A DNA stretch of 64,000 nucleotides from Nitrososphaerota archaeon (GCA_041641295.1 JBEPYO010000001.1:320001-384000); one strand, 5' to 3'. Numbered from the stretch's first letter, positions 9,718 through 19,952 are shown. Made by a program: numbers and translations. Notes: generated by a model not told the origin, from the sequence alone.

Positions 9718-9901
9718 CCACCTGAGACGCACCCTCCAAGAATGACGCGTAGCCGCTCTTCCACCTATGGCGGGTACTATGTGTTTTCCCGTTTTCAGTA
9801 CTATGAGGGTCAAATAACTCGTCTATAGGAAAGAGCCGTGTGTTACCTTCTGAGTCTTTGGTAGAGAGCTTTAAATTAACGGATGGAGTGGTGATTGGAG
9901 G

Positions 9902-10390
9902 ATGGGAGACCCTAAACGGCCGAGGAAGAAGTATGAGACGCCTAGGAATCCCTGGAGGGAGGATAGGCTGCGTGAGGAGCTTGTGCTGGTCGGCGAGTAT
10001 GGGCTGAGGAATAAGAGGGAGCTCTGGAGGGCGGCGTCTATTCTTAGGAAGTATAGGAATATCGCTAGGTCCCTCTTCGTCTTGACTGGCGAGGAGAGGA
10101 AGGTGAAGGAGAAGGCGCTTATCGATAAGCTGTATTCGATGGGGCTTGTCCCCAAAGATGCAGATGCTAACTATGTCCTCCAGCTGTCTGTTAAGGACAT
10201 TCTCGAGAGAAGGCTCCAGACGGTTGTATACAGGTTGGGCCTAGCCAAGACACCCTACCACGCGAGACAGCTCATCGTCCACGGCAAAGTCGCGGTAGGC
10301 GACAGAGTGGTCTCATCACCCAGCTACCTAGTTATGAGGGGAGAGGAGGAGAAGATTAGGCTGCTAATTCCGGCAGAAGCACAGGCTTAG
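9902..10390 (+). CDS. rps4: 30S ribosomal protein S4 (uS4)
   Basis: [29 protein letters not shown]. Confidence 0.98.
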   Translation: MGDPKRPRKKYETPRNPWREDRLREELVLVGEYGLRNKRELWRAASILRKYRNIARSLFVLTGEERKVKEKALIDKLYSMGLVPKDADANYVLQLSVKDILERRLQTVVYRLGLAKTPYHARQLIVHGKVAVGDRVVSSPSYLVMRGEEEKIRLLIPAEAQA

Positions 10391-10809
10391 ACGCGCCTAC
10401 CCCTTCTCCCACCCTTCCGCCTCACACTATCGTGAGGCAGCGGGGTTACATCTTCTATCCTGCCGATCATTACTCCAGACCTCGCTATGGCACGGATGGC
10501 GGCCTGTGTCCCGGGACCGGGAGTCTTAGACTTCACACCCCCCGGTGCTCTGACCCTTATGTGGACGGCGTTTATGCCCCTCTGCTTGACCGCCTCCATA
10601 ACGTAGTTTGCCGCCCTCGTGGCTGCGTATGGCGAGGACTCGAGACGCCCCGACTCCACGAACATCCCACCAGAGGCTATCGCTATCGTCTCCGCGCCCG
10701 TAATGTCCGTGGCATGAACGATTATGTTGTTGTAGGATGAGTAGATGTGTATTATTCCCCAGACTTCCCTCCTTGCCTCGCTTCCCTGCTCCTCCTGAGT
10801 ATCTGACAT
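10387..10809 (-). CDS. rps11: 30S ribosomal protein S11 (uS11)
   Basis: [34 protein letters not shown]. Confidence 0.98.
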   Translation of the reverse strand: MSDTQEEQGSEARREVWGIIHIYSSYNNIIVHATDITGAETIAIASGGMFVESGRLESSPYAATRAANYVMEAVKQRGINAVHIRVRAPGGVKSKTPGPGTQAAIRAIARSGVMIGRIEDVTPLPHDSVRRKGGRRGRRV

Positions 10810-10868
10810 TCTGGTTGGACAATATCAGGGCGTCAGTATTTTAGTTTTGACCATCCGAGGACCTTGGT

Positions 10869-11726
10869 CTAGCCCACGAACTCACGAAGCTTCTGCAGAC
10901 TGATCCGCGCCGCCTCAAGCCCATCTTGGGGAAAAACAAGGGAGCTGGCAGGCTTCATGAACTCAGGAGGAGTCTCAATGTTGATAAATCCGTCATACCC
11001 TACCGACCTGAGGGCCTTGACGAACCCACTCCAATCAACTGAACCCTGACCGATCAGCCTGAAGCCTCCGGGTCCGCGGCTATTCATGTCGTAATCCTTC
11101 GCATGGACCATCACGACCTTGTCCCCCAGAACCTCGAGCCAGTGCTCGAAGGGGGCAAGTTCTAACACGTTTCCGACGTCGAAGTAGAGGCCCACAGCTT
11201 CTGAGCCAACATCCTCTATGAAGCGTCTAAAGATGGTGGGGTCGTATAGGAAGCGGTTCCAGACATTCTCGAGCCCTATCTTCACACCGTGGTCTTCGGC
11301 CCAGCGCGCCGCCTTGACGATTGAGGAGAGGGCATAGTTGTAGGTTTCTCTATAGCCTGTTCCGGGCTTAGCCACTGCGGGGACTACTAGTAGCGTCTCA
11401 GATTCTAGGTCGGCCGCCAGCTCTACCCCCATCTTGAGGAGGTTGAGAGCCATGTTCCGCTCTGTCTCGTCATGGGATGCTAGGCTGTATCTCCAGAAGA
11501 CTCCAGTCGCGATACTTGGGATCGAGATGTTATGGCTCGAGGCAATCTCAAGCAACTGTTTTCTATCCTTTTTCGATATCTTGTCCGGTGCATAGTTTGA
11601 ATCGTCGTAGACCAGTTCCACACCATCATAGCCTAGGGCTGATGCCGCCTCTATGACTCCGGAGAGGCCTCTAGGGAGGTTGAGCCGCCATCCACCTACT
11701 GTCCAAGCGTTGAGACCGATCCACAC
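10869..11726 (-). CDS. Sugar phosphate isomerase/epimerase (xylose isomerase-like TIM barrel)
   Basis: GYDGVEL, LENVWN, FDVGN, HAKD, GYDGFINIE metal-ligand pattern. Confidence 0.88.
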   Translation of the reverse strand: MWIGLNAWTVGGWRLNLPRGLSGVIEAASALGYDGVELVYDDSNYAPDKISKKDRKQLLEIASSHNISIPSIATGVFWRYSLASHDETERNMALNLLKMGVELAADLESETLLVVPAVAKPGTGYRETYNYALSSIVKAARWAEDHGVKIGLENVWNRFLYDPTIFRRFIEDVGSEAVGLYFDVGNVLELAPFEHWLEVLGDKVVMVHAKDYDMNSRGPGGFRLIGQGSVDWSGFVKALRSVGYDGFINIETPPEFMKPASSLVFPQDGLEAARISLQKLREFVG

Positions 11727-11741
11727 GTGGCTGAGAAAGTC

Positions 11742-12416
11742 TTAGGCTGTATTAATTCGTTCATATGGTGTAGGATCCTCTATGCCCAGTTCTCTGAAAA
11801 CTTTTCGTCTGGTTTGACAGCCTTCGCAGCGGCCGCAGTGGATTGTCCCAGTGCCCCAGCAGCTCCACGTATCCTCCAACGGAACCCCAAGGCTAAACGC
11901 CAGTTGAACCACCTCACGCTTAGAATATGGTAGGAGTGGGGCTTCAAGGGTTAGCCTGTACCCGGGCAGGCTCTCCCTCAAGAGTCCATTGAATCTCTCA
12001 ATGAAGCCGGCTCCCACATCAGGGAATCGTCCAACATCTTCTCCATTATGTCCCACAACTATTTTATTCGCGTTTATTGAGAAGGCGATGTGAGCCGCGC
12101 AAGAGTAGAAGACGAGGTTTCTGACTGGAATGAAGACCGGCGGGAAACCTACACTCCTGTAGTGTATTCCTCTCTCGGGGGGCTGGTCCTCGAGCTCTCT
12201 GAGGAATGGTAGGCTTATCTTGATGTGAGAGGATACTCCAGCCTTAGCGGATAGCCTCGCCGCACACTCGTCCTCACCCCTACTACGCCTGTAATAGTCT
12301 ATTGTTAGGGTGTAGACCTCGCTAGCAGGTGTCTCGCGCCGAATAAGCCAAAGGGCTACAGCCGAGTCAATTCCGCCTGAGAGTAGGACGAGTACTCTAT
12401 CAGACATCCCGCTCAC
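11742..12416 (-). CDS. queC: 7-cyano-7-deazaguanine synthase
   Basis: SGGIDS PP-loop, IPVRN, WSC..HCGRCEGC. Confidence 0.93.
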   Translation of the reverse strand: MSGMSDRVLVLLSGGIDSAVALWLIRRETPASEVYTLTIDYYRRSRGEDECAARLSAKAGVSSHIKISLPFLRELEDQPPERGIHYRSVGFPPVFIPVRNLVFYSCAAHIAFSINANKIVVGHNGEDVGRFPDVGAGFIERFNGLLRESLPGYRLTLEAPLLPYSKREVVQLAFSLGVPLEDTWSCWGTGTIHCGRCEGCQTRRKVFRELGIEDPTPYERINTA

Positions 12417-12903
12417 GATAAACTATGCTCTCGGCAAATTTTCCAGCACCCTCCGAGACAGTTACCCTCACGTATTGCACGTTCTCGGGCATACGCTTAA
12501 AGATTGACTCGGCCAGATACGCTGCTAGATTCTCGATTGTGGACTCGAAGGGCATTATGAAGACCTGTGAGAGGGGCGCGGAAAGCCTGTACTCTCCTCC
12601 CCTCCCGATGAATCCTATAGTAACTGAGCTGCCACTTCGCGACTCGACGTATTTCTCACAGACCAGTATCCTGTGGTCGAGCTCTGATACTACTTCTCTG
12701 ACGACTCTTTTAAGTATGCCAAAGTCAACCACTAGGCCAGGCCCCGCCTTCTCCCCAGCTACCTCCACCTCAAGGCTTGCCGTGTGTCCGTGAATAGTCG
12801 AACATTTCTCGATGTCTGGCAGAAAGTGGGCGTAGTCGAAGCAGAGGGAGGGGTCGCTGATTCTTATCTTAATTGGCGAGGCGCGTGATACCGATATGGG
12901 CAT
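12400..12903 (-). CDS. queD: 6-carboxytetrahydropterin synthase (start refined to ATG 12903)
   Basis: AHFL..CxxxHGH, DFG, LDHR, STIENLA; overlaps queC. Confidence 0.9.
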   Translation of the reverse strand: MPISVSRASPIKIRISDPSLCFDYAHFLPDIEKCSTIHGHTASLEVEVAGEKAGPGLVVDFGILKRVVREVVSELDHRILVCEKYVESRSGSSVTIGFIGRGGEYRLSAPLSQVFIMPFESTIENLAAYLAESIFKRMPENVQYVRVTVSEGAGKFAESIVYRERDV

Positions 12904-13071
12904 ACTGCCGCCCCCTAGGTTGTCTTTGGGGTGCTTGGAATATCCCACGAAATCATACCCTATTTGGGCTCGATGTTGGTTTTTTTCTTCCATGAGACCA
13001 CCTGAAGCGTCTCTCCTCAACCTACTATAATATTTATCATTTAGCCCTAGTTTTGAGCTAAGGGCTTTTAG

Positions 13072-14259
13072 ATGGAGAGGGAGTTTAACACTAAGGCTAC
13101 GAGCGTTTTGCCAAGTACTGACGTTGCCGTGGTGGGTGGCGGGCCGGCAGGCCTGATAGCAGCTGCGGAGGCTGCGCGGAGAGGGCTTAAAGTCGTCCTT
13201 TTCGAGGAGGACAACATCATCGGCCGGCCAGAACGGTGTGCAGGCCTATACAGCATCCGGGGGCTGGAAAAAATCGGCGTAGCCCTCAGCCGAAGCTATG
13301 TTCAGAACCTCATCTGGGGCGGCGTCATTAACTCGCCAAGCGGGGAGGTCTTCGAGATCTCTTCACCCACTCCCGTAGCGGTTGTCGCTGAGCGCGAAGC
13401 TTTCGACAGGTATTTGGCTGAGAAAGCTCTTGCATCTAGGGCCGATATTCTTGTGGGGCGTCGCGTTGTCTCCTGCCACATTGATGAGGGCGGTAGAGCC
13501 TGCGAATTAGTATTTGATGACGGAAGCAAGCTATCCTCACGGGGCTTAATAATTGCCGAGGGCTCTTCAGCGAGCTTAGCACGTAGAATCTTCAAGGGCT
13601 ACGACGCACCATACTGGCTCCCCATCATTCAGCTCATAGTCAGGAATCACGGACTAGACAGGCGGAAAGCTCACGTCTGGTTCAAAAGCTATCTCAGAGA
13701 CTTTTTCGGCTACCTAGTACCCATAAACGAGGAGCTGGGGAAACTGGGTGTAGCGGCGAGGCGCGACCCTTTAGCAAAGGCATACAGGCTCATGAGGGAG
13801 GAGATGCCAAGCTCTAGGATAATCGGCTACTCTGCCCACAGCATATATCGCGGCCCTCCACTCGAGATAGGGCTCGACGGCAACGTAGTTTTGGTGGGAG
13901 ACGTGGCGGGTCAGGTTAAGGCAACTACCGGGGGAGGCATAATCACTGGGGGGATATGTGCCAAGGCAGCTGCCTCACACATATACAGCTACTTGGAAGA
14001 GGGGCGGAGAGGAGTCTACAGGCGTATGGTCAGGGGCCTCTACCGTGAACTCAGAGCTACCTATTCGATAGCTAGGGCAATAGACTCGATGAGCGACAAG
14101 ACCCTCGACGGCTTAATCAAGGCTGCAAGTGAGTCAGGGCTCTCAAAAACACTATCCATCCGGGGAGATATGGATTTCCAAGTTACAGGCCTAGCTAGGA
14201 GCCTAGCCTCGCCCGTTGGCCTAAGGTTTCTCTGCGGACTGCTTAGGACACTTCTCTAA
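13072..14259 (+). CDS. Geranylgeranyl reductase-like FAD oxidoreductase (true start possibly TTG 13108)
   Basis: GGGPAG, PERCAG, LVGDVAGQVKATTGGGI. Confidence 0.85.
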   Translation: MEREFNTKATSVLPSTDVAVVGGGPAGLIAAAEAARRGLKVVLFEEDNIIGRPERCAGLYSIRGLEKIGVALSRSYVQNLIWGGVINSPSGEVFEISSPTPVAVVAEREAFDRYLAEKALASRADILVGRRVVSCHIDEGGRACELVFDDGSKLSSRGLIIAEGSSASLARRIFKGYDAPYWLPIIQLIVRNHGLDRRKAHVWFKSYLRDFFGYLVPINEELGKLGVAARRDPLAKAYRLMREEMPSSRIIGYSAHSIYRGPPLEIGLDGNVVLVGDVAGQVKATTGGGIITGGICAKAAASHIYSYLEEGRRGVYRRMVRGLYRELRATYSIARAIDSMSDKTLDGLIKAASESGLSKTLSIRGDMDFQVTGLARSLASPVGLRFLCGLLRTLL

Positions 14260-15385
14260 GCTCCAACGGCAGATACTTTCTCGGACGCTCTCCCACATAG
14301 AGGTGTAGCGGCCGGATCAGCTTATTGTCTCGCCAATACTCTAATATGTGGGCAGCCCAGCCCGCAGTCCTGCTGACTGCAAAAAGTGCAGTGAAGCTAT
14401 CGGGTGGCAATCCAATCATCCTGTACAGGATTGGAGTCCAGAGATCGATGTTGGGATAGATTCCCCGGGGAGCTAAGAACTTCTGGCCATAATCCTCAAG
14501 AGCCTGCGTAACCTCGTACAGTTTCCTAACCTCGCCATCCATAGCACCTGCATGCCGGGCTATCAACTCCTTCACGACCGTCGCCCTCGGATCATAGATC
14601 TTGTACACTCTATGCCCAAACCCCATGATTTTCTTCCTCTGGGCAAGCGTCGACTCGACCCACTCGGGAACCTTTTCAGCGCTCCCGATGGTTAGGGCTT
14701 GGGCGTAGCTGGCCTCTGAGGCGCCACCGTGCAGCGGACCCTTCAGAGCTAGCATTCCAGCGGCTATTGAGGAGTAGAGGTCGCTAAGCGTGGAGGCTGT
14801 AACAAGGGTTGCAAAAGTGCTCGCAGGCACGCCATGCTCTGCATGAAGGATTAAGAGGTCGTCTAAGATCTCGGCATGCTCCCTTCTAAAATCTCCACCC
14901 TTCATCATGTATAGTATGTTCTCGGCGAAGCTCAGGTCTTTTCGAGGTGGTATGTAGTCTCCTCCTGAGCGAGTCCTTATGATGGTTGAGAAAAAGGAGC
15001 CCATCTTGGCTATGGCATTAATAGCAGCTTCTAGGTCTCCGGGATCACCGCCTTTTTTCCCGCTCCCCTCCAGCACCATTAACTCTGCAAGCATTGTAAG
15101 AGTATCTAGGCTGCCTGCATATCTTCGGATGGTCTCTATATGCCTCGGCTCGAGGTCTAGGGACGCTCTCAGACGGCTCGTAAATTCTTTGAGCTCCGAT
15201 TTAGTGGGTAGTCTCTGGTGGAGCAGGAGGAAGGCTACCTCCTCGAAGTTGCTCTTCTCCACAAGCTCCCTGACGTCATATCCTGCATAGTATAAAGCCC
15301 CGTTTTCCGTATCGATCAAGGATATAGCGCTGTCAATCACGTATACACCTTCTAAACCTTTAAACACATGTGCATGAACACTCAA
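14243..15385 (-). CDS. prpC: Citrate/2-methylcitrate synthase
   Basis: KGLEGV, LHAEHG, GPLHGGA, MGFGHRVYK, YPNID; co-oriented with prpD. Confidence 0.88.
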   Translation of the reverse strand: MSVHAHVFKGLEGVYVIDSAISLIDTENGALYYAGYDVRELVEKSNFEEVAFLLLHQRLPTKSELKEFTSRLRASLDLEPRHIETIRRYAGSLDTLTMLAELMVLEGSGKKGGDPGDLEAAINAIAKMGSFFSTIIRTRSGGDYIPPRKDLSFAENILYMMKGGDFRREHAEILDDLLILHAEHGVPASTFATLVTASTLSDLYSSIAAGMLALKGPLHGGASEASYAQALTIGSAEKVPEWVESTLAQRKKIMGFGHRVYKIYDPRATVVKELIARHAGAMDGEVRKLYEVTQALEDYGQKFLAPRGIYPNIDLWTPILYRMIGLPPDSFTALFAVSRTAGWAAHILEYWRDNKLIRPLHLYVGERPRKYLPLELREVS

Positions 15386-15422
15386 GTAACCTGCACCATA
15401 ACTAGGGCAACTGACTATATAT

Positions 15423-16790
15423 CTATTTAACTGTCGAGAGAAAGCCCATTAAATCTCTGACGGATTTGAGGCGGTCAAGAGACATGACCTCATCCCAGAT
15501 AATGTCTAGCTGCTCGTCCGTCAGCCTCCCACTTGTAAGCCGGCTAACCTTTCTGCGCAGGTCATCCATTGTTAACGGGTTCCGGTAATGCCCCTTCGGA
15601 TAGATTACTTCAGCAGAGTAGCGCCTCCCATCGCTGAGCGAAACCTCTACTGCGTTAGGCACGGCCTCAGGGTACAAGGCATCATACCTCGGCTCCACCT
15701 CCACGATTGTTTTCTCTGCAAGCTCTAGAAACGCTATGTCGCTGATCTTCTCCGAGCTGAAGCTCTCAAGCCATATGTCGCCGTCGAGGAGCGCCCTTAT
15801 TGTTATGTAGGGTAGACTGTGGTCGGCGGTCTCCCTGGACTTTGGCCTCCATTTTTCAGGGTCTTTTACTATTATGCTGTATGAAGTCTTGAAGGTTCTG
15901 ATCACTATTTTTTCTACAAGTGATGGCTTGGCCCTTCCCGCCTCAGATACAATTTGGAGGGCTGCTTCAACTGCAGACATAGAGTGGTATTCTACCGGCC
16001 ACCACTTTATAGAAGTTCTCAGAATTCTGACGGCGTTAGAGGTTAGTTTAGGCATGGTGAAAGGCCCGGAGACAGCTTTCATATAGCCTAGCTCACCCTC
16101 GAAGACCGGTTTTGGACCTGTCATGCCCTCTGCAGCTAGGAGGGCCGAGTATAGGCCGTGTCGCGCCGCATACGCAGCTGCGCATCCCTTCCACATGCTT
16201 AGCTCCCCGGACCTTGTCTGCCTCAGGGCCGCCGCGTTTACTGTGGCGATGTTGATTGCCTCGTGAGCCCTATCAGCATCAAGTTCTAGGAGTGAGGCAG
16301 CGCCAGCCGCAGCGCCTACTGCAATGTTTGAGACATGGTCGAACCCCCTATCCCTAATCGTTACGGCGTCGGCGAGGGCGCAGGCAACCTCATAAGCGAC
16401 TAGAATTCCCCTCAGGAGGTCTTCACCCGAGGCCTCAAAACACTCACCAGCGGCTAGGAGTGCGGGAATCATGTCGCTCGGATGTATCGCCTCCCTAGAG
16501 AGGTACGTATCGTTAAAGTCAAGGTACCGCGCCATTATGCCGTTCACAAATCCAGCGTCCTCAGGAGCCACCCTAACCTTTCCCCCAAGAATTGTCGCCC
16601 CTCCAGCAACAGGCCACCTCTCAACAACACGGCGTGCCGCTGCCACTGGCGGCGCATCAATCGCAGCTACCATCACACCTATAGTGTCAAGCAACCTTGC
16701 TTTGGCAGCCTGAATCGACTCCGGCGCAAAGTCCGCCAAACTTGCCCCCGAGGCATACTCAGCAATCTGCTCGGCTATGGTTTCATTCAA
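15423..16790 (-). CDS. prpD: MmgE/PrpD family 2-methylcitrate dehydratase
   Basis: RYLDFNDTY..HPSD, LSMWKG, TADHSLPY, YPKGH. Confidence 0.93.
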   Translation of the reverse strand: MNETIAEQIAEYASGASLADFAPESIQAAKARLLDTIGVMVAAIDAPPVAAARRVVERWPVAGGATILGGKVRVAPEDAGFVNGIMARYLDFNDTYLSREAIHPSDMIPALLAAGECFEASGEDLLRGILVAYEVACALADAVTIRDRGFDHVSNIAVGAAAGAASLLELDADRAHEAINIATVNAAALRQTRSGELSMWKGCAAAYAARHGLYSALLAAEGMTGPKPVFEGELGYMKAVSGPFTMPKLTSNAVRILRTSIKWWPVEYHSMSAVEAALQIVSEAGRAKPSLVEKIVIRTFKTSYSIIVKDPEKWRPKSRETADHSLPYITIRALLDGDIWLESFSSEKISDIAFLELAEKTIVEVEPRYDALYPEAVPNAVEVSLSDGRRYSAEVIYPKGHYRNPLTMDDLRRKVSRLTSGRLTDEQLDIIWDEVMSLDRLKSVRDLMGFLSTVK

Positions 16791-16856
16791 GCCCCTGCAC
16801 AGGGTAGAATTCTGATTCTTTCACTTAAAGCGTTTTCCTGTCAGAGGGTATCGATA

Positions 16857-16895
16857 TGTGAGTCACAGGGATAAGCTTATCTATGGGCTTATCCC
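16857..16895. promoter_or_regulatory. Palindromic operator-like sequence between prpD and the divergent genes
   Basis: TGTGAGTCACA palindrome, followed by the inverted repeat GGGATAAGC-N10-GCTTATCCC, which overlaps the palindrome GATAAGCTTATC. Confidence 0.5.
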
Positions 16896-16923
16896 GATAC
16901 GTGTCACAAGCGGTGGGTACCTC

Positions 16924-17028
16924 ATGTGCCACTGTGGTACACCGAGTAGTGCACACCACAAGGAGAAGGCCAAGAAGAGGCTAGTTGAGCGAGAGGCTTT
17001 AGAGGCGGCAACATCCACAACCGCATAA
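16924..17028 (+). CDS. Putative 34-aa microprotein MCHCGTPSSAHHKEKAKKRLVEREALEAATSTTA
   Basis: ATG start with a GGTGG SD-like element upstream and a T-run downstream; not in the ORF track. Confidence 0.45.
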   Translation: MCHCGTPSSAHHKEKAKKRLVEREALEAATSTTA

Positions 17029-17133
17029 CACACCCCATCCTTTTTTCCAATTTGTTTTGAGTACAGCCGATAGTAGAAGTATTTATGGTTGGGTAGGGAG
17101 GTGAATTATTTACGTGGTAAGGGGGAATCTGGG

Positions 17134-18357
17134 ATGGATTTCGAGTTTCCGCCCGAAATAAGATTGTTTAGGGAGAAGGTCTCGGAGTTCTGCGCAAAAC
17201 GCATCGCGCCCAAGTGGGTAGAAATTGACGAGAGTGGCGTTATAGGGTCTGACATAGTTGAGCAGCTGGCATCTCAAGGGCTTCTCGGCCTCGTCTTAGA
17301 CGAGGAGTATGGCGGCCAGGGAGGCGGATTCTTGGAGGCGACTCTAGCGGCTGAGGAGCTGGCGTACCACGCACCGGCTCTCTCACTGGCCGTCCTATAT
17401 CTCCTTCAGAACTCCTGGACATACATTGTCCAGCTCTATGGTTCTGAGGAGGCGAAAATGGAGGTCCTTCCCCGTGTCTGCCGTGGCGAGGCCCTTGTAG
17501 GGATAGCGAGTACCGAGGCTCATGGTGGGAGCGATGTTGCGGGTGTTAGGCTGCGGGCTGAGAGGAGGCAGGATGGGTATTGGGTTGTGTCAGGGGAGAA
17601 GTCGATGGTCTCTCTGCCGTCTATCATTGAGAGGATGAAGTGGGGAGGCGGCTGGGTACTCATAAGCAGGACGGGCCGCCTCGAAGATAGGCATCAATCA
17701 ATCACAACCTTTCTCGCCCTCATGAAGAAGAATGGCCGCGTCGACCCCGCGATAAAATATAAGCCATGGACCGAGTTCGCCCGCAGAGGCCTCGACACAT
17801 CTGTTGTGAGCTTTAATGATTTCGTCTTGGAGGACAAGTACCGGCTCGGCGAGGTCAACAAGGGATTTAGGATCGCTATGGAGGGCTTCAACCTTGCGCG
17901 TTGTCTCATAGGCTCTGTTACTGTCGGCTGTGCTAGGTGGCTGATTGAGCAGGGAATCTCGTGGATCAAGCAGCGCGAAGTTTTCGGCCGCCCAATAGCC
18001 TCGTATCAGGCTATAAGCTTCAAGCTCGCCGACCATTTGAAGGAGCTCGAGGCTGCACGCCTCCTCTCATACAAGGCCGCTTGGGCCGCAGACAAGTACT
18101 ATAAGCAGAAGAGCGGCACGATCAGCCTGAAAGACATAGCTGTCCTCGGGGCGATGTCGAAGCTCAAATGTGCCTCCTTAGCCTTCGAGATAGGGGAGGA
18201 CGTCATGAAGTGGTTTGGTGGCGCATCATACTATAAGGAGCTCCCGATATTCAGAGCTTGGCTGGCTGCGTTCAGCTATGTTGTAGGCGCTGAGGGTACG
18301 GAGAACATGATGCGTCTAATCATCGCTCGAGAAACGCTGGGCAGGGAATACGTCTAA
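17134..18357 (+). CDS. Acyl-CoA dehydrogenase
   Basis: MDFEF start, EEYGGQG, STEAHGGSD, REVFGRPIASYQAI, AEGTENMMR. Confidence 0.93.
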   Translation: MDFEFPPEIRLFREKVSEFCAKRIAPKWVEIDESGVIGSDIVEQLASQGLLGLVLDEEYGGQGGGFLEATLAAEELAYHAPALSLAVLYLLQNSWTYIVQLYGSEEAKMEVLPRVCRGEALVGIASTEAHGGSDVAGVRLRAERRQDGYWVVSGEKSMVSLPSIIERMKWGGGWVLISRTGRLEDRHQSITTFLALMKKNGRVDPAIKYKPWTEFARRGLDTSVVSFNDFVLEDKYRLGEVNKGFRIAMEGFNLARCLIGSVTVGCARWLIEQGISWIKQREVFGRPIASYQAISFKLADHLKELEAARLLSYKAAWAADKYYKQKSGTISLKDIAVLGAMSKLKCASLAFEIGEDVMKWFGGASYYKELPIFRAWLAAFSYVVGAEGTENMMRLIIARETLGREYV

Positions 18358-19172
18358 CCCACTGATGCCTGCAACAGCATATTGATGGCGACAACGAGCA
18401 GGAAGAGGGCGAACAGCATCTCTAGTGTCCGGCTACTAGCTTTCTCAGAGACCTTCGCACCTATCTGGGCTCCGAGCAAGACGCCAGCGGCGATTAGCCC
18501 GCCCTTGACTATGTCGATATGCCCGAGGACGGCGTGAGTAGATATGCCAGTCAGAGCAGCCGGTACTAGGATAAAGTGCGAGGTCGCCGTCGCGATGTAG
18601 GCTGGGACGCCGAGCAGAATTATCATGACGGGGACATGGACTATGCCGCCTCCAACGCCGAAGAAGCCTGATATGAATCCTGAGATGACCCCGAAAGCAA
18701 TGATCAGATGAAGGTTGAATGAATATACATGCTCCCTGCCCAGTCGATCTTTCATCAGCCTCTGATTGCCACTCCTCAATAGCCCGCCACTCGATAAGCC
18801 CATTCTCGACCTGAATGCGAGGTATAGGGCAGACAAAATCAGCATCAATGCGAAATAGACCCTGAATGTCCCACTACTCACGACCGTTGTGGTTAGTGAG
18901 CCGGCTATGGACCCCGGTATAGTGCCCGAAGAGAAGCCCAGGCCCATTTTGACATCGACCCTGCGCTGCCTGAGATACGCCAGTGTGGCGGAGACGGCGT
19001 TTATAAGCACGACCAGAAGGCTGGTCCCAGCAGCACTCCCGGGTGTGAAATTATACAGCATTAGTAGCACGGGGGCAACTATGAAGCCTCCCCCAATACC
19101 TACCGGAGACGCGACCACGCCCACAGCCAGCCCTAAAAGGGCTAGCATCACAGCTTCTGTGAGACTGGTCAT
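18354..19172 (-). CDS. TauE/SafE family membrane protein
   Basis: GIGGG..GTSL and GFFGVGGGIVHVP..ATATS repeats. Confidence 0.92.
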   Translation of the reverse strand: MTSLTEAVMLALLGLAVGVVASPVGIGGGFIVAPVLLMLYNFTPGSAAGTSLLVVLINAVSATLAYLRQRRVDVKMGLGFSSGTIPGSIAGSLTTTVVSSGTFRVYFALMLILSALYLAFRSRMGLSSGGLLRSGNQRLMKDRLGREHVYSFNLHLIIAFGVISGFISGFFGVGGGIVHVPVMIILLGVPAYIATATSHFILVPAALTGISTHAVLGHIDIVKGGLIAAGVLLGAQIGAKVSEKASSRTLEMLFALFLLVVAINMLLQASVG

Positions 19173-19270
19173 AATCAGCTAGTCCAACCACCCAGTGGCC
19201 GACACTATAATATATATGAGGCTCCGCCGCGCATGCAACTTTAAATTAAGAGTCATAATCATTTGTTGAG

Positions 19271-19459
19271 ATGTCTCAGAAGGAGAAGGCGAGAGGGTTG
19301 TGGAAGCTGTATACGGTGACTCCGGACGGCAAGCTTGTGCGAAACGTTAACTTCTGCCCTATCTGTGGCCCAGGATACATCATGGCAAAGCATCAGGATA
19401 GATATACATGTGGCAGGTGTGGATATACTAGCTTTATCTCTGAGAAGAAGCCTCGATAA
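19271..19459 (+). CDS. rps27ae: 30S ribosomal protein S27ae (eS31)
   Basis: [24 protein letters not shown]. Confidence 0.96.
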   Translation: MSQKEKARGLWKLYTVTPDGKLVRNVNFCPICGPGYIMAKHQDRYTCGRCGYTSFISEKKPR

Positions 19460-19952
19460 GCCCCTGGGCGAGTTTTCTGACCTCTTCGTTAATATGGACT
19501 ATGACAACCCCTTCTCTGGGCTGTCCATATAGCATCAGCGTACCCGGCGGAGCCTCCGCCATCACGACCAAGCCTAAAAGATCCTCCTCACCCTCCACAC
19601 GGACAATAACCGGCCCCTCCATCTCCAGAGCCTCTACAACAGTCTTGTAGGCTTGGCCGCTTATCGTCCCCGGCCTATTCTCACAGTTCAGTTCCACCGC
19701 ACCTTCGATGACAACATGCTCAACCGGCTTACGCTCAATCTTTCCATCCACTATGCAGACATCAGGCCTGAGCCCCATGGAGAGAAGTGTTTTAGTTACC
19801 GCGTCTCCTACTGCTACAAGTCTACCCGTCCTTTCTCGGATAACGCTCCTGACAATCTCAGAGGTATTCTCGGGGAAGCCCCGTACCAGCCGGCCAAGAG
19901 GCTTCTTTAACCGCTCCCTAACGTCCTCAGGGATGACTATCTCGTTACTCAA
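19434..19952 (-). CDS. GTP-dependent dephospho-CoA kinase (DUF359)
   Basis: LKKPLG, VGDAVT, VDGK, Nx[16 protein letters not shown]. Confidence 0.9.
   Translation of the reverse strand: MSNEIVIPEDVRERLKKPLGRLVRGFPENTSEIVRSVIRERTGRLVAVGDAVTKTLLSMGLRPDVCIVDGKIERKPVEHVVIEGAVELNCENRPGTISGQAYKTVVEALEMEGPVIVRVEGEEDLLGLVVMAEAPPGTLMLYGQPREGVVIVHINEEVRKLAQGLIEASSQR

Noticed and set aside
11742-12903. queC-queD as part of a 7-deazaguanine DNA-modification (Dpd) defence system
   Set aside because: No dpdA-like gene is nearby; archaeosine tRNA modification is the simpler explanation.
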